Sequence record: PV435126.1 | Length of the DNA stretch: 64,000 nt | DNA from: Escherichia phage EPFV3-03/2025 | Reading direction: 5' to 3' (one strand) | In this document: positions 18,619 to 28,219 of the stretch, in pieces | Layout: the number at the start of each line of letters is the position of its first letter | How positions within the stretch are numbered: the stretch's first letter is position 1 | The notes under the pieces: generated by a model | What the model was told of the DNA's origin: nothing | Databases searched by the model: none | The model's input: the letters and a program-made list of their open reading frames with translations, nothing else | Translations under genes and position numbers: made by a program

Positions 18619-18813
18619 TTAGAATATTGCTTCTTCCATTGCACCTGAGAGCAACAAAGAGGTGATCTGGCTAACATTCATCTCAGACTCTACTTCCTCC
18701 CCTTTGAAAGGTTCGCGGCAGAATAGGACTGTTTCAGGACTTTTACTTCGAACAATATAATACAAATCATTCAATGTGTTGTAGTAATAAGTGTTAAAAC
18801 GTAAGTTTTTCAT
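18619..18813 (-). CDS. hypothetical protein (64 aa)
   Basis: Coupled ORF. Confidence 0.45.
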   Translation of the reverse strand: MKNLRFNTYYYNTLNDLYYIVRSKSPETVLFCREPFKGEEVESEMNVSQITSLLLSGAMEEAIF

Positions 18814-19097
18814 TTTCTAGTCCCCTTCTTAGATTTTTGTGTAGAAACGCTTTCTGCAATACGAGACAAACGTTCTTCTGAAGCCTTGCCTATTCCAGGT
18901 TTTTTGAGTGGATTATCTTTATGACCACAATCCAATTGGATATTGGATACCTCTCCAACCTTGTAAGTCAATTCTAGCAAAAGGTTGTCGTCCTTGTCAA
19001 ATGTTCTTACGATAAATTTTTTATCGTTCTCCTGAACTTCATATCTGGTACCTGCAGTATACAGCATGGTGCCATCAGCATAGGATATCCAGATCAT
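18810..19097 (-). CDS. hypothetical protein (95 aa)
   Basis: Coupled ORF. Confidence 0.5.
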   Translation of the reverse strand: MIWISYADGTMLYTAGTRYEVQENDKKFIVRTFDKDDNLLLELTYKVGEVSNIQLDCGHKDNPLKKPGIGKASEERLSRIAESVSTQKSKKGTRK

Positions 19098-19459
19098 TGA
19101 GCCTCCTTCTGCTGCAACAGCATTAACTCTTTGTTAGAGATCTTTACTGCTGTTTTTATTGTTCCGTCTTTACGGAACCACGACCAGAACTCTACAGTGT
19201 CCCCACTATCAAGCAAAGCATACCCGTGGTAGAAGTCTTTGTCCTTAGACAGTTTCTCATCTATGTCTGCATCGACACATTCGTGATCCATAGCATTTTG
19301 CCTGAATGCATCGGTTATGCCAATGCACGCCTTGCTCTCAAGACTGGTATATCCGGTATCTTTTAATTCGGTTTCCCAAACCCAGTATCCTGCAAAAGCT
19401 ACGACAGTTACCAGCCCCATAGCAGCTACCAACTTTAATACCGATTTAATCTTTGCCAT
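19094..19459 (-). CDS. hypothetical exported/membrane-anchored protein (121 aa)
   Basis: N-terminal hydrophobic segment LKLVAAMGLVTVVAFAGYWVW. Confidence 0.5.
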   Translation of the reverse strand: MAKIKSVLKLVAAMGLVTVVAFAGYWVWETELKDTGYTSLESKACIGITDAFRQNAMDHECVDADIDEKLSKDKDFYHGYALLDSGDTVEFWSWFRKDGTIKTAVKISNKELMLLQQKEAQ

Positions 19460-19519
19460 TCTCTCTACCTCTTTCTTAACTTATTTAACTATGGCACATC
19501 CTTTGTGCCTCATTGCACA

Positions 19520-19981
19520 CTACTTAAACAACAATTCAAAATAGTGAAAAATTAACAGAAGTTGAATTACGCCCAGCACAACGGCAAGTATGTTAATCTT
19601 AGAATCAAAAAACTTCTTAACTTTTACTCTAAAAGGTTCCTTAATGTCCTTTACGATCCTATCTATAGATGACCTCATATCTCTGATTACCATCCTGAAC
19701 ATTAAAGACGGATGATCCTTCTCTGTAACGGAATCGAAAACATACTCTCTTTGATCATAAGGGCCGCCAGCTCTGCGTATTAACCTCTCCACAGAGACCT
19801 CGAACGTCACACCTGTAACGTAATCATCTATGACAAGTAGTGACGGGTCTTTACCATCAAGAGGCATCAAAGTTATCTTTCCAGATTTTGTTAAAATTTC
19901 TCCTTTTTCAAGTAAGGTGTACCAATGCTCTCTGCCAAGGCTGTTGAGGCACGTTTTTACATATTTAACAAACATCGTCAC
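19520..19981 (-). CDS. hypothetical protein with C-terminal TM helix (153 aa)
   Basis: C-terminal ILAVVLGVIQLLLIF. Confidence 0.5.
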   Translation of the reverse strand: MTMFVKYVKTCLNSLGREHWYTLLEKGEILTKSGKITLMPLDGKDPSLLVIDDYVTGVTFEVSVERLIRRAGGPYDQREYVFDSVTEKDHPSLMFRMVIRDMRSSIDRIVKDIKEPFRVKVKKFFDSKINILAVVLGVIQLLLIFHYFELLFK

Positions 19982-20181
19982 CCCTCATCGCACGTCTGAT
20001 ATAACCACTCTATGAAATCTTGATACCATTCGCCCTCTGAGCGCTCCGTAGGCCAATAATCTTCACCCTCTCGTGCATTAAAATCTGAGTATTCAACTTT
20101 CCACTCCTTTACCAGCTCGTGGAGAAGGTTTTCAGCCTGCTCTAAAGATTTATTTTTTACCATTGCTGTCTCCTTTTTCAA
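19978..20181 (-). CDS. hypothetical acidic protein (67 aa)
   Basis: Coupled ORF. Confidence 0.45.
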   Translation of the reverse strand: MKKETAMVKNKSLEQAENLLHELVKEWKVEYSDFNAREGEDYWPTERSEGEWYQDFIEWLYQTCDEG

Positions 20182-20382
20182 GATAGTTATACATCAGAAC
20201 TGCACCACCTAAGATGGCTACCAGTAACAATATCCCAGATAGCATCTCAATAAACATGGCTTGAAACACTGAAAGGTCTCCCTAAATTAACGCACCATTT
20301 TAAATACATGCTCTTTTCCCATAAAGGTGCCTGGCTAAGATCTGCGTAGAACGCAATCTCTTTAAGAACAGTATAGATAGTT

Positions 20383-20610
20383 TTAGGTGCGGTCTCCATC
20401 CCTACTCTCCTTCCGGATATTCTTGTAGTAATCGACTAGGCACATTATTACGATGAAGATAACAACAGGCCAAAAAGGTGCAGCAGTGATGATGGTGATA
20501 AAATCATCAAACTTCACCCTTCGTCTGGACACGATGCATATACCTGTCAAGAATACCGCTGTTATAACGGATATTACCAAGTAACCTATTAGCACAACAT
20601 TTATACTCAT
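20383..20610 (-). CDS. hypothetical membrane protein (75 aa)
   Basis: Two hydrophobic helices. Confidence 0.5.
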   Translation of the reverse strand: MSINVVLIGYLVISVITAVFLTGICIVSRRRVKFDDFITIITAAPFWPVVIFIVIMCLVDYYKNIRKESRDGDRT

Positions 20611-20640
20611 TAGCCCTCCCTTTGTAGGTTAAATTTTATA

Positions 20641-21171
20641 CTACAGATGGTTGCTTATGGTGTCAAGAAAATTATCCCGTTCTTTCTTGGAGTTTTCACG
20701 GGTGTAGCTGAAAAACATATCTAGAATAACCTTATTGATATATTCCAGCTCCTCTGTGTTCAGGTACTTAGCAGGATCTACAATGACATCCCAAGTCTCA
20801 TACAGACCGCACTCATGATAACCCCAACGCTGCTCAATTGTCAAGCTGAGCGGCAAATCTTTACCGTCACAAACAACCTTCCATCTACAAATGCTGGTAT
20901 CTGGGCACACCTGTGTACGGTATACCTGTACAAAATCCAATCTGAATTTGAGGTACTCGTCATACAATTTAAGCACAAAGCTCTCGATTTGTGGAGACAC
21001 TTTTGCAGCAAACTGTGCGTATTTATACTTGCACTGGATGATCTTTCTGCGTTTTGCAGTTAAATTTTTTGCAGCCAGTTGTTCTTCAGTGTATCTCCAC
21101 CGATCAACAAACGCAACAGGGTCTTTGTCCCCATAAAGGTCTTCCCAGTTAATCAGAAGCATACCTGTCAC
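20641..21171 (-). CDS. hypothetical protein (176 aa)
   Basis: ORF. Confidence 0.5.
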   Translation of the reverse strand: MTGMLLINWEDLYGDKDPVAFVDRWRYTEEQLAAKNLTAKRRKIIQCKYKYAQFAAKVSPQIESFVLKLYDEYLKFRLDFVQVYRTQVCPDTSICRWKVVCDGKDLPLSLTIEQRWGYHECGLYETWDVIVDPAKYLNTEELEYINKVILDMFFSYTRENSKKERDNFLDTISNHL

Positions 21172-21401
21172 TCCTCCACAACTTCAAGACCTTTACCGCC
21201 TCGCTCTGGCAGATTACTTAAAGACAGGTAATACGTATAGTCAGGAGAGATCCTGCCAGACTCTGCACCTGCAGATAGTAAATCTTTTCCCTTAACCATG
21301 ACAACATTATCGTTTGCAGATAGTCGTTTTGCTTCCACAATTTTACCAACGCAGTCAACCAAGGAAGGGTACCCTAAATCTGTAAGAAATTTAACTTTCA
21401 T
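21168..21401 (-). CDS. small acidic protein, paralog family A
   Basis: MKVKFL...GKIV...MVKGKDLLSAGA...LEVVEE. Confidence 0.55.
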   Translation of the reverse strand: MKVKFLTDLGYPSLVDCVGKIVEAKRLSANDNVVMVKGKDLLSAGAESGRISPDYTYYLSLSNLPERGGKGLEVVEE

Positions 21402-21440
21402 GCTACCTCCTACTTCTACCGTCCCTGGTAAGATAAATTA

Positions 21441-21839
21441 TTACTGAACAAAGCGCGGAGCTGGGAAGGATAACTCTTCTAAAGAGAAGATTTCATTCCC
21501 CACAATCCATGTTGCAGGATCATCTGGGTTGACTGGATAGATAATCATCACCTCGTCAGTGTTACATACCCGCTTTTTACCTGTGGAGTCATCAGCAACC
21601 AGCATGCGCGGTTCTTCAGAAATGCACAAGTATCCTCCTCGGCCCACTGTTCCTTCCACAGGATCTTGTCCTTTGATCACGATGATTATCTTCTCTCCTG
21701 AGGCGATATTACCTTGCACACTCACCGTTTGACCAACCTTGGATGTGCCAATCTTAGTGACTTCGAACATTACATCCCGAATTACTGTTGCATAATCGCC
21801 AGACACTTTCTTACCTTCTTTAGTGATCTCAATCTTCAT
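21441..21839 (-). CDS. hypothetical protein (132 aa)
   Basis: ORF; MKIEIT start. Confidence 0.5.
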   Translation of the reverse strand: MKIEITKEGKKVSGDYATVIRDVMFEVTKIGTSKVGQTVSVQGNIASGEKIIIVIKGQDPVEGTVGRGGYLCISEEPRMLVADDSTGKKRVCNTDEVMIIYPVNPDDPATWIVGNEIFSLEELSFPAPRFVQ

Positions 21840-22075
21840 ACACTGGGCTCCTTAAATGAATCTATGTAATCAATTAAATCCCAAGCATCCCTATGACCTG
21901 TCAGAGGGTATACTTCTCCAAGAGGGATCATAGCAATAAGTCTATCAAAAACCCAGTCTGGACGCAACATTTTATGATGATATTCCCACTCACCTTCTAC
22001 AGACTTTTTCTGAGTGATCAGAATCTCTGTGTAGTGTTTTGCCTGTCTTGAGTAGATTGAAAATGACTTGTACAT
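21836..22075 (-). CDS. hypothetical protein (79 aa)
   Basis: Coupled ORF. Confidence 0.5.
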   Translation of the reverse strand: MYKSFSIYSRQAKHYTEILITQKKSVEGEWEYHHKMLRPDWVFDRLIAMIPLGEVYPLTGHRDAWDLIDYIDSFKEPSV

Positions 22076-22112
22076 AGATGACCCCCCCTCTTGTTGAAAA
22101 CAAAATACACTA

Positions 22113-22394
22113 CTACCAGGTTACTGTCAAGTAGGCAACCGTGTTATTTTTCTCCGGAGAGATGCCAACAACATCCACCTGCAGACCTCCTGCCCTCAAA
22201 TCCCCAACGATGTGTGGGAAGTAGTCTGAGAGGTGCGATGGGAGATTTATCGAAAATCCGCATCCCAGAAAGCCTGCTAACGCTTTATTTTGTATCTCCC
22301 CTACAATCGCATCATAAATGGAGTTAAGCTCGTCAGGGAGCGTTACAGGGCGTTTTAGCGCTAACTGGTGCAACTTGTCCTTAGCACTCATTTT
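22113..22394 (-). CDS. hypothetical protein
   Basis: ORF; start set at internal Met adjoining upstream stop. Confidence 0.4.
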   Translation of the reverse strand, partial: KMSAKDKLHQLALKRPVTLPDELNSIYDAIVGEIQNKALAGFLGCGFSINLPSHLSDYFPHIVGDLRAGGLQVDVVGISPEKNNTVAYLTVTW

Positions 22395-22927
22395 CATTTC
22401 AGGTCTACCTCTGGAGGTGCCAACCACATAAATGGCGGCAGGTCTAAACGGTTCTTCTTGTCCCACACAAAATATGCATATGCTTGCCCGTCAGTTCTGC
22501 CATTTGATTGGAATGATGGACGCTTAGATATTGTGATCACAGTGGTAGGTGCATTATCAAGCCACCATTCAAATCTGGCTTTGCTTTCCAGAAAATTAAG
22601 ACGCAAAAGCATAATAACTACGTCAGCATCTTTCAACGCCTTGTCTACAAACTCACGAGCCAGGCTGTACGGTGGGTTGGTGATAATACAGTCAACATGG
22701 TTGTATTCTGTATTCAGATAGTCAACACCTTCTTGGATTTCTCCCCATGCAGATCCTAACGGCATACGGGAGTAGAACACACCTGAGGCGCTATTTCTGC
22801 AAGGCTCTAGGTAGGTCCAGTCTTCTGGGAACGGAATAAGGTCATACAGCCCTTCTGCACACCACTCCGGTGTCACATACTCGTCGTAAGCGTTACGTTG
22901 TTCATCAGGTTTTCTAGCACAAGTCAT
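22394..22927 (-). CDS. putative DNA N6-adenine/N4-cytosine methyltransferase (small, NPPY type)
   Basis: Catalytic-type motif ITNPPYS. Confidence 0.5.
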   Translation of the reverse strand: MTCARKPDEQRNAYDEYVTPEWCAEGLYDLIPFPEDWTYLEPCRNSASGVFYSRMPLGSAWGEIQEGVDYLNTEYNHVDCIITNPPYSLAREFVDKALKDADVVIMLLRLNFLESKARFEWWLDNAPTTVITISKRPSFQSNGRTDGQAYAYFVWDKKNRLDLPPFMWLAPPEVDLK

Positions 22928-22978
22928 GCAAATCTCCAGATCATAAAAGCCCTCCGAAGAGGGCTTTAGAATTAATGT

Positions 22979-24028
22979 TTAAGCTTCTTCGACAATTCCT
23001 GCACCCAGGATTTTTTCATTGAGCTCTTTTGCTGTTTTAATAATATTGTCCACCAGACGCTTGCGGGTCTTATCTTTAACCTGAACTTCTTCACCTCCGT
23101 TCAGGGTGGTTTTCAATTGGGACAAAATGTCCTGAAGCTCTACCACAGAGAATCGCTGCAGATCTTCCGAGGTAATCTCACCAAGTGCAATCTTAACGGT
23201 CTCACCGCTCTCCATCTGTAGATTCAGGAACACAGTGTGAACATCACCTTTCACACCATTTGCTTTTGCAGACTCAACAGCATGAACCAGCTCGTCCAGA
23301 GATGTGCATTGGTGAATCTCTGGCAGGCCTGCTTCACCTAGCACACCTTCTTCATCACTTTTTGCCAAAAGCTTTTTCGGTTTCTGTCCATTCTGAATGC
23401 GCTGAATGTTTTCATCGTCCAGAATGATAGCACCAGTTCGAGATGCCAGCTCTTCTCCATCTAACCACACTTCGCCACCAGCTGTGATGGATGCGATTTC
23501 ATCTTCTGTTAACACCCCACCGTAGTATTTTTCAATCAGGCGTTCAAAACGTTTCTTCCAGTAGTTGATCTGGGTATTCATGTTCACACCGTTACCATAG
23601 GTGCCACCTTGATAGTAGTGGAACATAAATTCTGTGTCCGGAGCTACAGTTCGTTCTTTGCAACCCAGCCATAAGATTGTTCCTGCCGAGCAGCACATCC
23701 CTTCAGCGTGTACAACAACGCTTGCCTGAGACTCGCGGAATGCCTGCAAATACGCCATAGCAATGTGAACGCAACCACCGGGGCTGTTAATGATTACACG
23801 GATACTTTCTTCTGGCTGTGCCATACGAATTGTTTGCAAACGGGACATATGATCCTGCAAATCTTCAAGATCGTCAATATAAAGAACGTGGTCAACAACA
23901 GGTGTTGGGTAGCTGTATGTTTCCATAATACCACCCGGCATACCAAACATTTTGTTACTCATAGGTTCGAAACCGTTCTGTTTTTCTTTCATGCCGTGTA
24001 CCATGGTGCTGCGAGGTGTTAAATTCAT
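22979..24028 (-). CDS. ClpP-like serine peptidase (S14/S49 family) with C-terminal extension
   Basis: INSPGG, MCCSAG and FHYYQGG motifs parallel ClpP INSPGG / GQAASMG / HQPLGG; about 130 extra C-terminal residues. Confidence 0.65.
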   Translation of the reverse strand: MNLTPRSTMVHGMKEKQNGFEPMSNKMFGMPGGIMETYSYPTPVVDHVLYIDDLEDLQDHMSRLQTIRMAQPEESIRVIINSPGGCVHIAMAYLQAFRESQASVVVHAEGMCCSAGTILWLGCKERTVAPDTEFMFHYYQGGTYGNGVNMNTQINYWKKRFERLIEKYYGGVLTEDEIASITAGGEVWLDGEELASRTGAIILDDENIQRIQNGQKPKKLLAKSDEEGVLGEAGLPEIHQCTSLDELVHAVESAKANGVKGDVHTVFLNLQMESGETVKIALGEITSEDLQRFSVVELQDILSQLKTTLNGGEEVQVKDKTRKRLVDNIIKTAKELNEKILGAGIVEEA

Positions 24029-24088
24029 GAGAAATCCTTAATATTGGAAGTTGAAAGCTATTTATTTAAACCTGATTCACATTTACCT

Positions 24089-24448
24089 TTATTTAGCAAT
24101 CACTATAGAATACTTACGATTGTCAGAAGCATCACAGCTCAATGATTGCCAGTCTACCACATACCACGTATCATTGTCAACAATTACTTTATCGCCTGTT
24201 CTGTAGCAGGTGCTGCTTTCAATAATCCTAGACTCGATAAAGAATCTGTGTCGGCGCTCACGTAGCAACGCTAAGTTGATTATATTACCACCACTGTCCT
24301 TGGTCCACACATTCTTGGATCCTTTATTTGCCAAAATTGTCTCGCCGTTATATACAAACAGGCAGTATATTTTATTCAGTCTCTCTTGTATTGTAGCCAT
24401 ACTGTGTCCTTCTCCTTGTTTTGTCCAATAATAATATCTAAAGCTCAC
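24089..24448 (-). CDS. hypothetical protein
   Basis: ORF; start probably internal (MATIQERL). Confidence 0.45.
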   Translation of the reverse strand: MSFRYYYWTKQGEGHSMATIQERLNKIYCLFVYNGETILANKGSKNVWTKDSGGNIINLALLRERRHRFFIESRIIESSTCYRTGDKVIVDNDTWYVVDWQSLSCDASDNRKYSIVIAK

Positions 24449-24503
24449 CTGTTTGTCAACAACTGTTTTAGATATTTAAGGGTGGAATAACCACCCTTCT
24501 GTA

Positions 24504-25292
24504 TTACTCGGAAACAGGAGTCCAAATATGATTTGCACGATCCTCAATAAGATTGAGTGCAATCTGACGGCCTAACCCGGAACGAACGACATCGTCTGGA
24601 CTATCAAAGCTAATCATTCCAACCTCAGGATCTGGATGACGCGTAAAGAAATCTGTCACCCATGCAAGGCCAGATTTACCAGGGATGTCACGTTGGCTGT
24701 TATCGCCCATAATTACAAGGGTGGCCTGATCAGAGATCCTTGTGATAATTGACAACATTTCTTCAGGATTGGTTTGCTGTGCTTCATCAATAAGGACAAA
24801 GCATCGTTCATCAAAACTACGACCACGAATGCTTTCAACCTCACAAATCTCGATACGGCTGTTCTGACCGTCCCCAAGCATTGCTGCAAAAGCACCTTTG
24901 CCAACACGACGACAAATCGTGTCCATCATGCTTCTAAGATAGGGCCACAGTTTCTGCATTGCATTTCCAGGTTTAAATCCTGAAGTCTTTCCTGTCTGAA
25001 CGTAAGGGCGTGCAACAATGATCTTATCAATCTCGTTCTTGCGCAGAAGATCCCCCGCATATGCAGATGCCATGAATGTCTTACCGGATCCAAACACACC
25101 GTTTACAATGATAATCTTACGCGACCCTAGATAATCAAGATACTTTTGCTGCTTTTTATTCATTGGTCGGAGAGCTGGAGCGGTGTGCTCTCGTTCGTCA
25201 GCAAATTTTTCAGCAGCCTTACGCAGGCGATCAGATTTGCGAGCCTCTCTAGCTTCATCACGCATGCGTTTTGTTTCTTTAGCTCGACCCAT
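24504..25292 (-). CDS. phoH: PhoH-like ATPase
   Basis: Walker A GVFGSGKTF, IDEAQQ and GDNSQRD motifs. Confidence 0.85.
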   Translation of the reverse strand: MGRAKETKRMRDEAREARKSDRLRKAAEKFADEREHTAPALRPMNKKQQKYLDYLGSRKIIIVNGVFGSGKTFMASAYAGDLLRKNEIDKIIVARPYVQTGKTSGFKPGNAMQKLWPYLRSMMDTICRRVGKGAFAAMLGDGQNSRIEICEVESIRGRSFDERCFVLIDEAQQTNPEEMLSIITRISDQATLVIMGDNSQRDIPGKSGLAWVTDFFTRHPDPEVGMISFDSPDDVVRSGLGRQIALNLIEDRANHIWTPVSE

Positions 25293-25330
25293 GTTGGGAC
25301 TCCTTTCAGATTGAGATGTGCCAAGTACTT

Positions 25331-25681
25331 TTACTGCAATAGTTTTTCAATAGCCGCTTCCATGCTGCTTGCAACAGCCTGAACTCGGATATTCATCTCT
25401 TCTTGGTGGATCAGCTCCTTAAGCTCTTTAATGGTAAATTCTTTAGAGAAACCTTCCACCATAATCTTGTGTAAGGCTTCTTGCGTATCTACCTGCAAGA
25501 ACTTTTCCAGTTTGTTGGCAGAGGCTTCTAAATCAGCCCGAATACGAGGGTCATCTGTGCGATTCAGCATCAGGCGTAAGCCATCAAGATTAGTAGAAAT
25601 AGCGTCTGCATGTTGAGTAACTAACCGTGGCAAAATGAGATCTACAAACTTATTAGCCAAATCGATACGTTCTTGTGTCAC
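25331..25681 (-). CDS. hypothetical protein (116 aa)
   Basis: ORF. Confidence 0.5.
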   Translation of the reverse strand: MTQERIDLANKFVDLILPRLVTQHADAISTNLDGLRLMLNRTDDPRIRADLEASANKLEKFLQVDTQEALHKIMVEGFSKEFTIKELKELIHQEEMNIRVQAVASSMEAAIEKLLQ

Positions 25682-25853
25682 TGTTGCACCCCCTCTTCAT
25701 CCTCATGATGTTTCTTTTCACGCTTGTGTTTTTTCTTAAGCTCAAGCGCAATCTCTTTTTTGTACGCCTTCTTCAAGGCCTTTTTAGCCATTTGGCACCT
25801 CCTCTGCTTTCATTACGCTAATTATAACCAACTTAACAAGACTTTGTCAACAA

Positions 25854-26327
25854 TTAGTCAACCTGAACCCAACCGCCTGCTACCTTTTTAAACATTCTTT
25901 GGTTATCGCTGCCTCGGAATGGTTTCTTGGTTGGTAAATCTTTTACATACTTTCCATCAATGACGATATCAGCCAGTTTAAGAACATCACTAGAGATATG
26001 CTCAAATGTGAACCCAGTATACACAAGAATAGTTTTCTTGTCACCAAACTTTTCCTTAATTCTCCTCATAAGGTCAATAATACCTGGCTCATTATAAGTA
26101 GCCAAAGGCTCTCCACCAAGTAAAGAAATACCGCATACAGATTCATTGTCTAAATCCAACAAAATTTTCTGCAAATCTTCTTCGGTGAACTCTCTTCCTT
26201 TATCTTTTGACCAAAATGCTTGATTAAAGCAACCAGGACAAGCGTGTGGGCACCCAGATACCCACAAAGCTGTCCTAATACCTGGTCCCTCGGTGTAAGA
26301 TATCTCTGTATACCCGACAATATTCAT
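25854..26327 (-). CDS. nrdG: anaerobic ribonucleotide reductase activating protein (radical SAM)
   Basis: GPGIRTALWVSGCPHACPGCFN and SLLGGEPL follow the NrdG pattern; start at MNIVGY. Confidence 0.85.
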   Translation of the reverse strand: MNIVGYTEISYTEGPGIRTALWVSGCPHACPGCFNQAFWSKDKGREFTEEDLQKILLDLDNESVCGISLLGGEPLATYNEPGIIDLMRRIKEKFGDKKTILVYTGFTFEHISSDVLKLADIVIDGKYVKDLPTKKPFRGSDNQRMFKKVAGGWVQVD

Positions 26328-26440
26328 ACATACTCCGCATCGCATTTAGGACAATGCCAAATAAAATCGTCCAGTGCCTTACACCAACGAAGATTGCAAT
26401 GACAACCACACTTGCAAATTTTATAAATACCTGTAGACAT
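26324..26440 (-). CDS. small Cys-rich zinc-ribbon-like protein (38 aa)
   Basis: AGGAGG RBS; MSTGIYKICKCGCHCNLRWCKALDDFIWHCPKCDAEYV; stop overlaps nrdG ATG (ATGA); below track cutoff. Confidence 0.45.
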   Translation of the reverse strand: MSTGIYKICKCGCHCNLRWCKALDDFIWHCPKCDAEYV

Positions 26441-26503
26441 ACTGCACCTCCTAGTTTACTGTGTAACAACAATATGCCACATCCTTGTGACTTTTGTCAA
26501 GTA

Positions 26504-27496
26504 TCAGCAACCACAACTTCCGTAGTGCTTAACCCGTTCTATAACCTCCGCTTGCTTACCTTTATTGTAAGGACGAGAGTTTGGACTGGACAGATACCCG
26601 GATACGCGTCTGATCACACTGATCGTTCCTTCTTCATGGTTTCCACATTCTGGGCATACAAAGCCTTTAGCTGTTGCACTGAACTCACCAGAGAATCCAC
26701 ACTTAAGACATTTATCCACAGGCTGGTTAATACCAAAATACATAATGTGTTTATATCCGAAATCAACAAGAGCTTCCAAAGCATCTAAGTTGTTTTTCAG
26801 ATTTGGTGTCTCTATGTACCCAATGTTGCCACCAGAGGAGATCATAGCAAAACCTTCCTCATACTTCCACTTATCAAAAGGCGAGCTATTGATCCATACT
26901 GGCTGATGGAAACTGTTGGTGAGGTATTCATGCTCGTGCTTCAACACTTCTGGGTATTCACGATCCAGACAGGTTGCAGCTTTATAGCATAAACTCTCAG
27001 AAGGTGTGCCGTACAAGCTAAATGCTAGTCCACTTTCCTTCTTGTATCGCTCACAAGCATCTTTCATGTGCTGAAGGATTCCAAGAGCTAAAGCCTTGTC
27101 ACCCTCTCTGCCCAAAATCTGACAGGTTTCATACACACCAATATACCCAATACTGATGGAAGCGTACCCGTCATAGAAGAGTTTATCGATACTCTCTTCA
27201 GGATCCAGGCGAGCAAGAGCTCCTTCACACCACATGATAGGGTTCTGCCCTGCCTTTGTTCCTTTTAGACGGTTAACCCTTACAAGGTGAGCCTCATATG
27301 CCAAATCCAAATATTCGTCAAGAACTGCAAAGAAATCAACACCTTCCGTTTTAGCTTTTGCCGCAATCATTGGTAGGTTAAGGCTAACAACACCCAAGTT
27401 GAATCTGCCAAGGTATTTCTCCTCGCCTGTTACAGGGTCGCTATATTTCGATAAGAAACTTCTACACATTATGTTCAAGGTGGTTCGCAAGGCCAC
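26504..27496 (-). CDS. nrdD: anaerobic ribonucleoside-triphosphate reductase, C-terminal part
   Basis: Glycyl radical motif RVSGYL near C-terminus, Zn-ribbon CLKCG...CPECG; first codon in track is GTG, so start or splice junction is uncertain. Confidence 0.85.
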   Translation of the reverse strand: MALRTTLNIMCRSFLSKYSDPVTGEEKYLGRFNLGVVSLNLPMIAAKAKTEGVDFFAVLDEYLDLAYEAHLVRVNRLKGTKAGQNPIMWCEGALARLDPEESIDKLFYDGYASISIGYIGVYETCQILGREGDKALALGILQHMKDACERYKKESGLAFSLYGTPSESLCYKAATCLDREYPEVLKHEHEYLTNSFHQPVWINSSPFDKWKYEEGFAMISSGGNIGYIETPNLKNNLDALEALVDFGYKHIMYFGINQPVDKCLKCGFSGEFSATAKGFVCPECGNHEEGTISVIRRVSGYLSSPNSRPYNKGKQAEVIERVKHYGSCGC

Positions 27497-27616
27497 CCCC
27501 GCACCTTTACGTGCTGCTGCATGTCCCCATGCAGATCAGACTATATCTTCACACTTAGTGTGTCTACCATTTCGAGTGTCATCAGCTTACACCCTACACC
27601 GCTACATTCATCACGG

Positions 27617-28168
27617 TTAGTCGTTAGGCATTTCGTAACAGAACTCGTAATCATAGTTATTAGGTGCACCACGTTTCAGGATAGCAGATATTCTTTTTCT
27701 ATCTATTCCTAAAACATCAGCACAACATCTCAGACTCTTAAAGTGAATAACCACACCAGTTAATTTGTGGGTGGCTTTCACCCCGTGACATCTTGTGTAA
27801 AAAGCATAACAGTTGTTGTCGTATCCTTCTTGAGTATTGTCTGGGCAAGCTCCCCACTCAAGGTTGTATACGCTGTTATCTTTCCTGTTGTCACCTTTGT
27901 GCTTAACATATGGTAAATTGTCTGGATTTGGTAAAAACGCTTCAGCAACAAGTCTGTGAACCCTTAGGCAAACAGTCTTTTTGTTCTTGCGTATCCTGAC
28001 AAGACGGTAACCTGTGTTTATCTCTTCCCACGAATGAATAATTCTTTCATTTTCGTATCGGGTGCAATAAACATTGCCCATCTCGTCAATTTCATAACCT
28101 TCAAAATCACGAATTTGTTTTCTCATTTCAGGACTCCTCTTAGTCAGGAGTTCTGTTACGTTTAGCAC
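27617..28168 (-). mobile_element. HNH homing endonuclease gene inserted within nrdD
   Basis: HNH/AP2-like signature GYRLVRI...VHRLVAEAF...HKGDNRKDNSVYNLEWG; lies between the two nrdD halves. Confidence 0.8.
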
Positions 28169-28219
28169 GGGATTGTCCGTTCTGGAGTTTCCCCGTTTAG
28201 ATAGATTTTACATGAGCAG

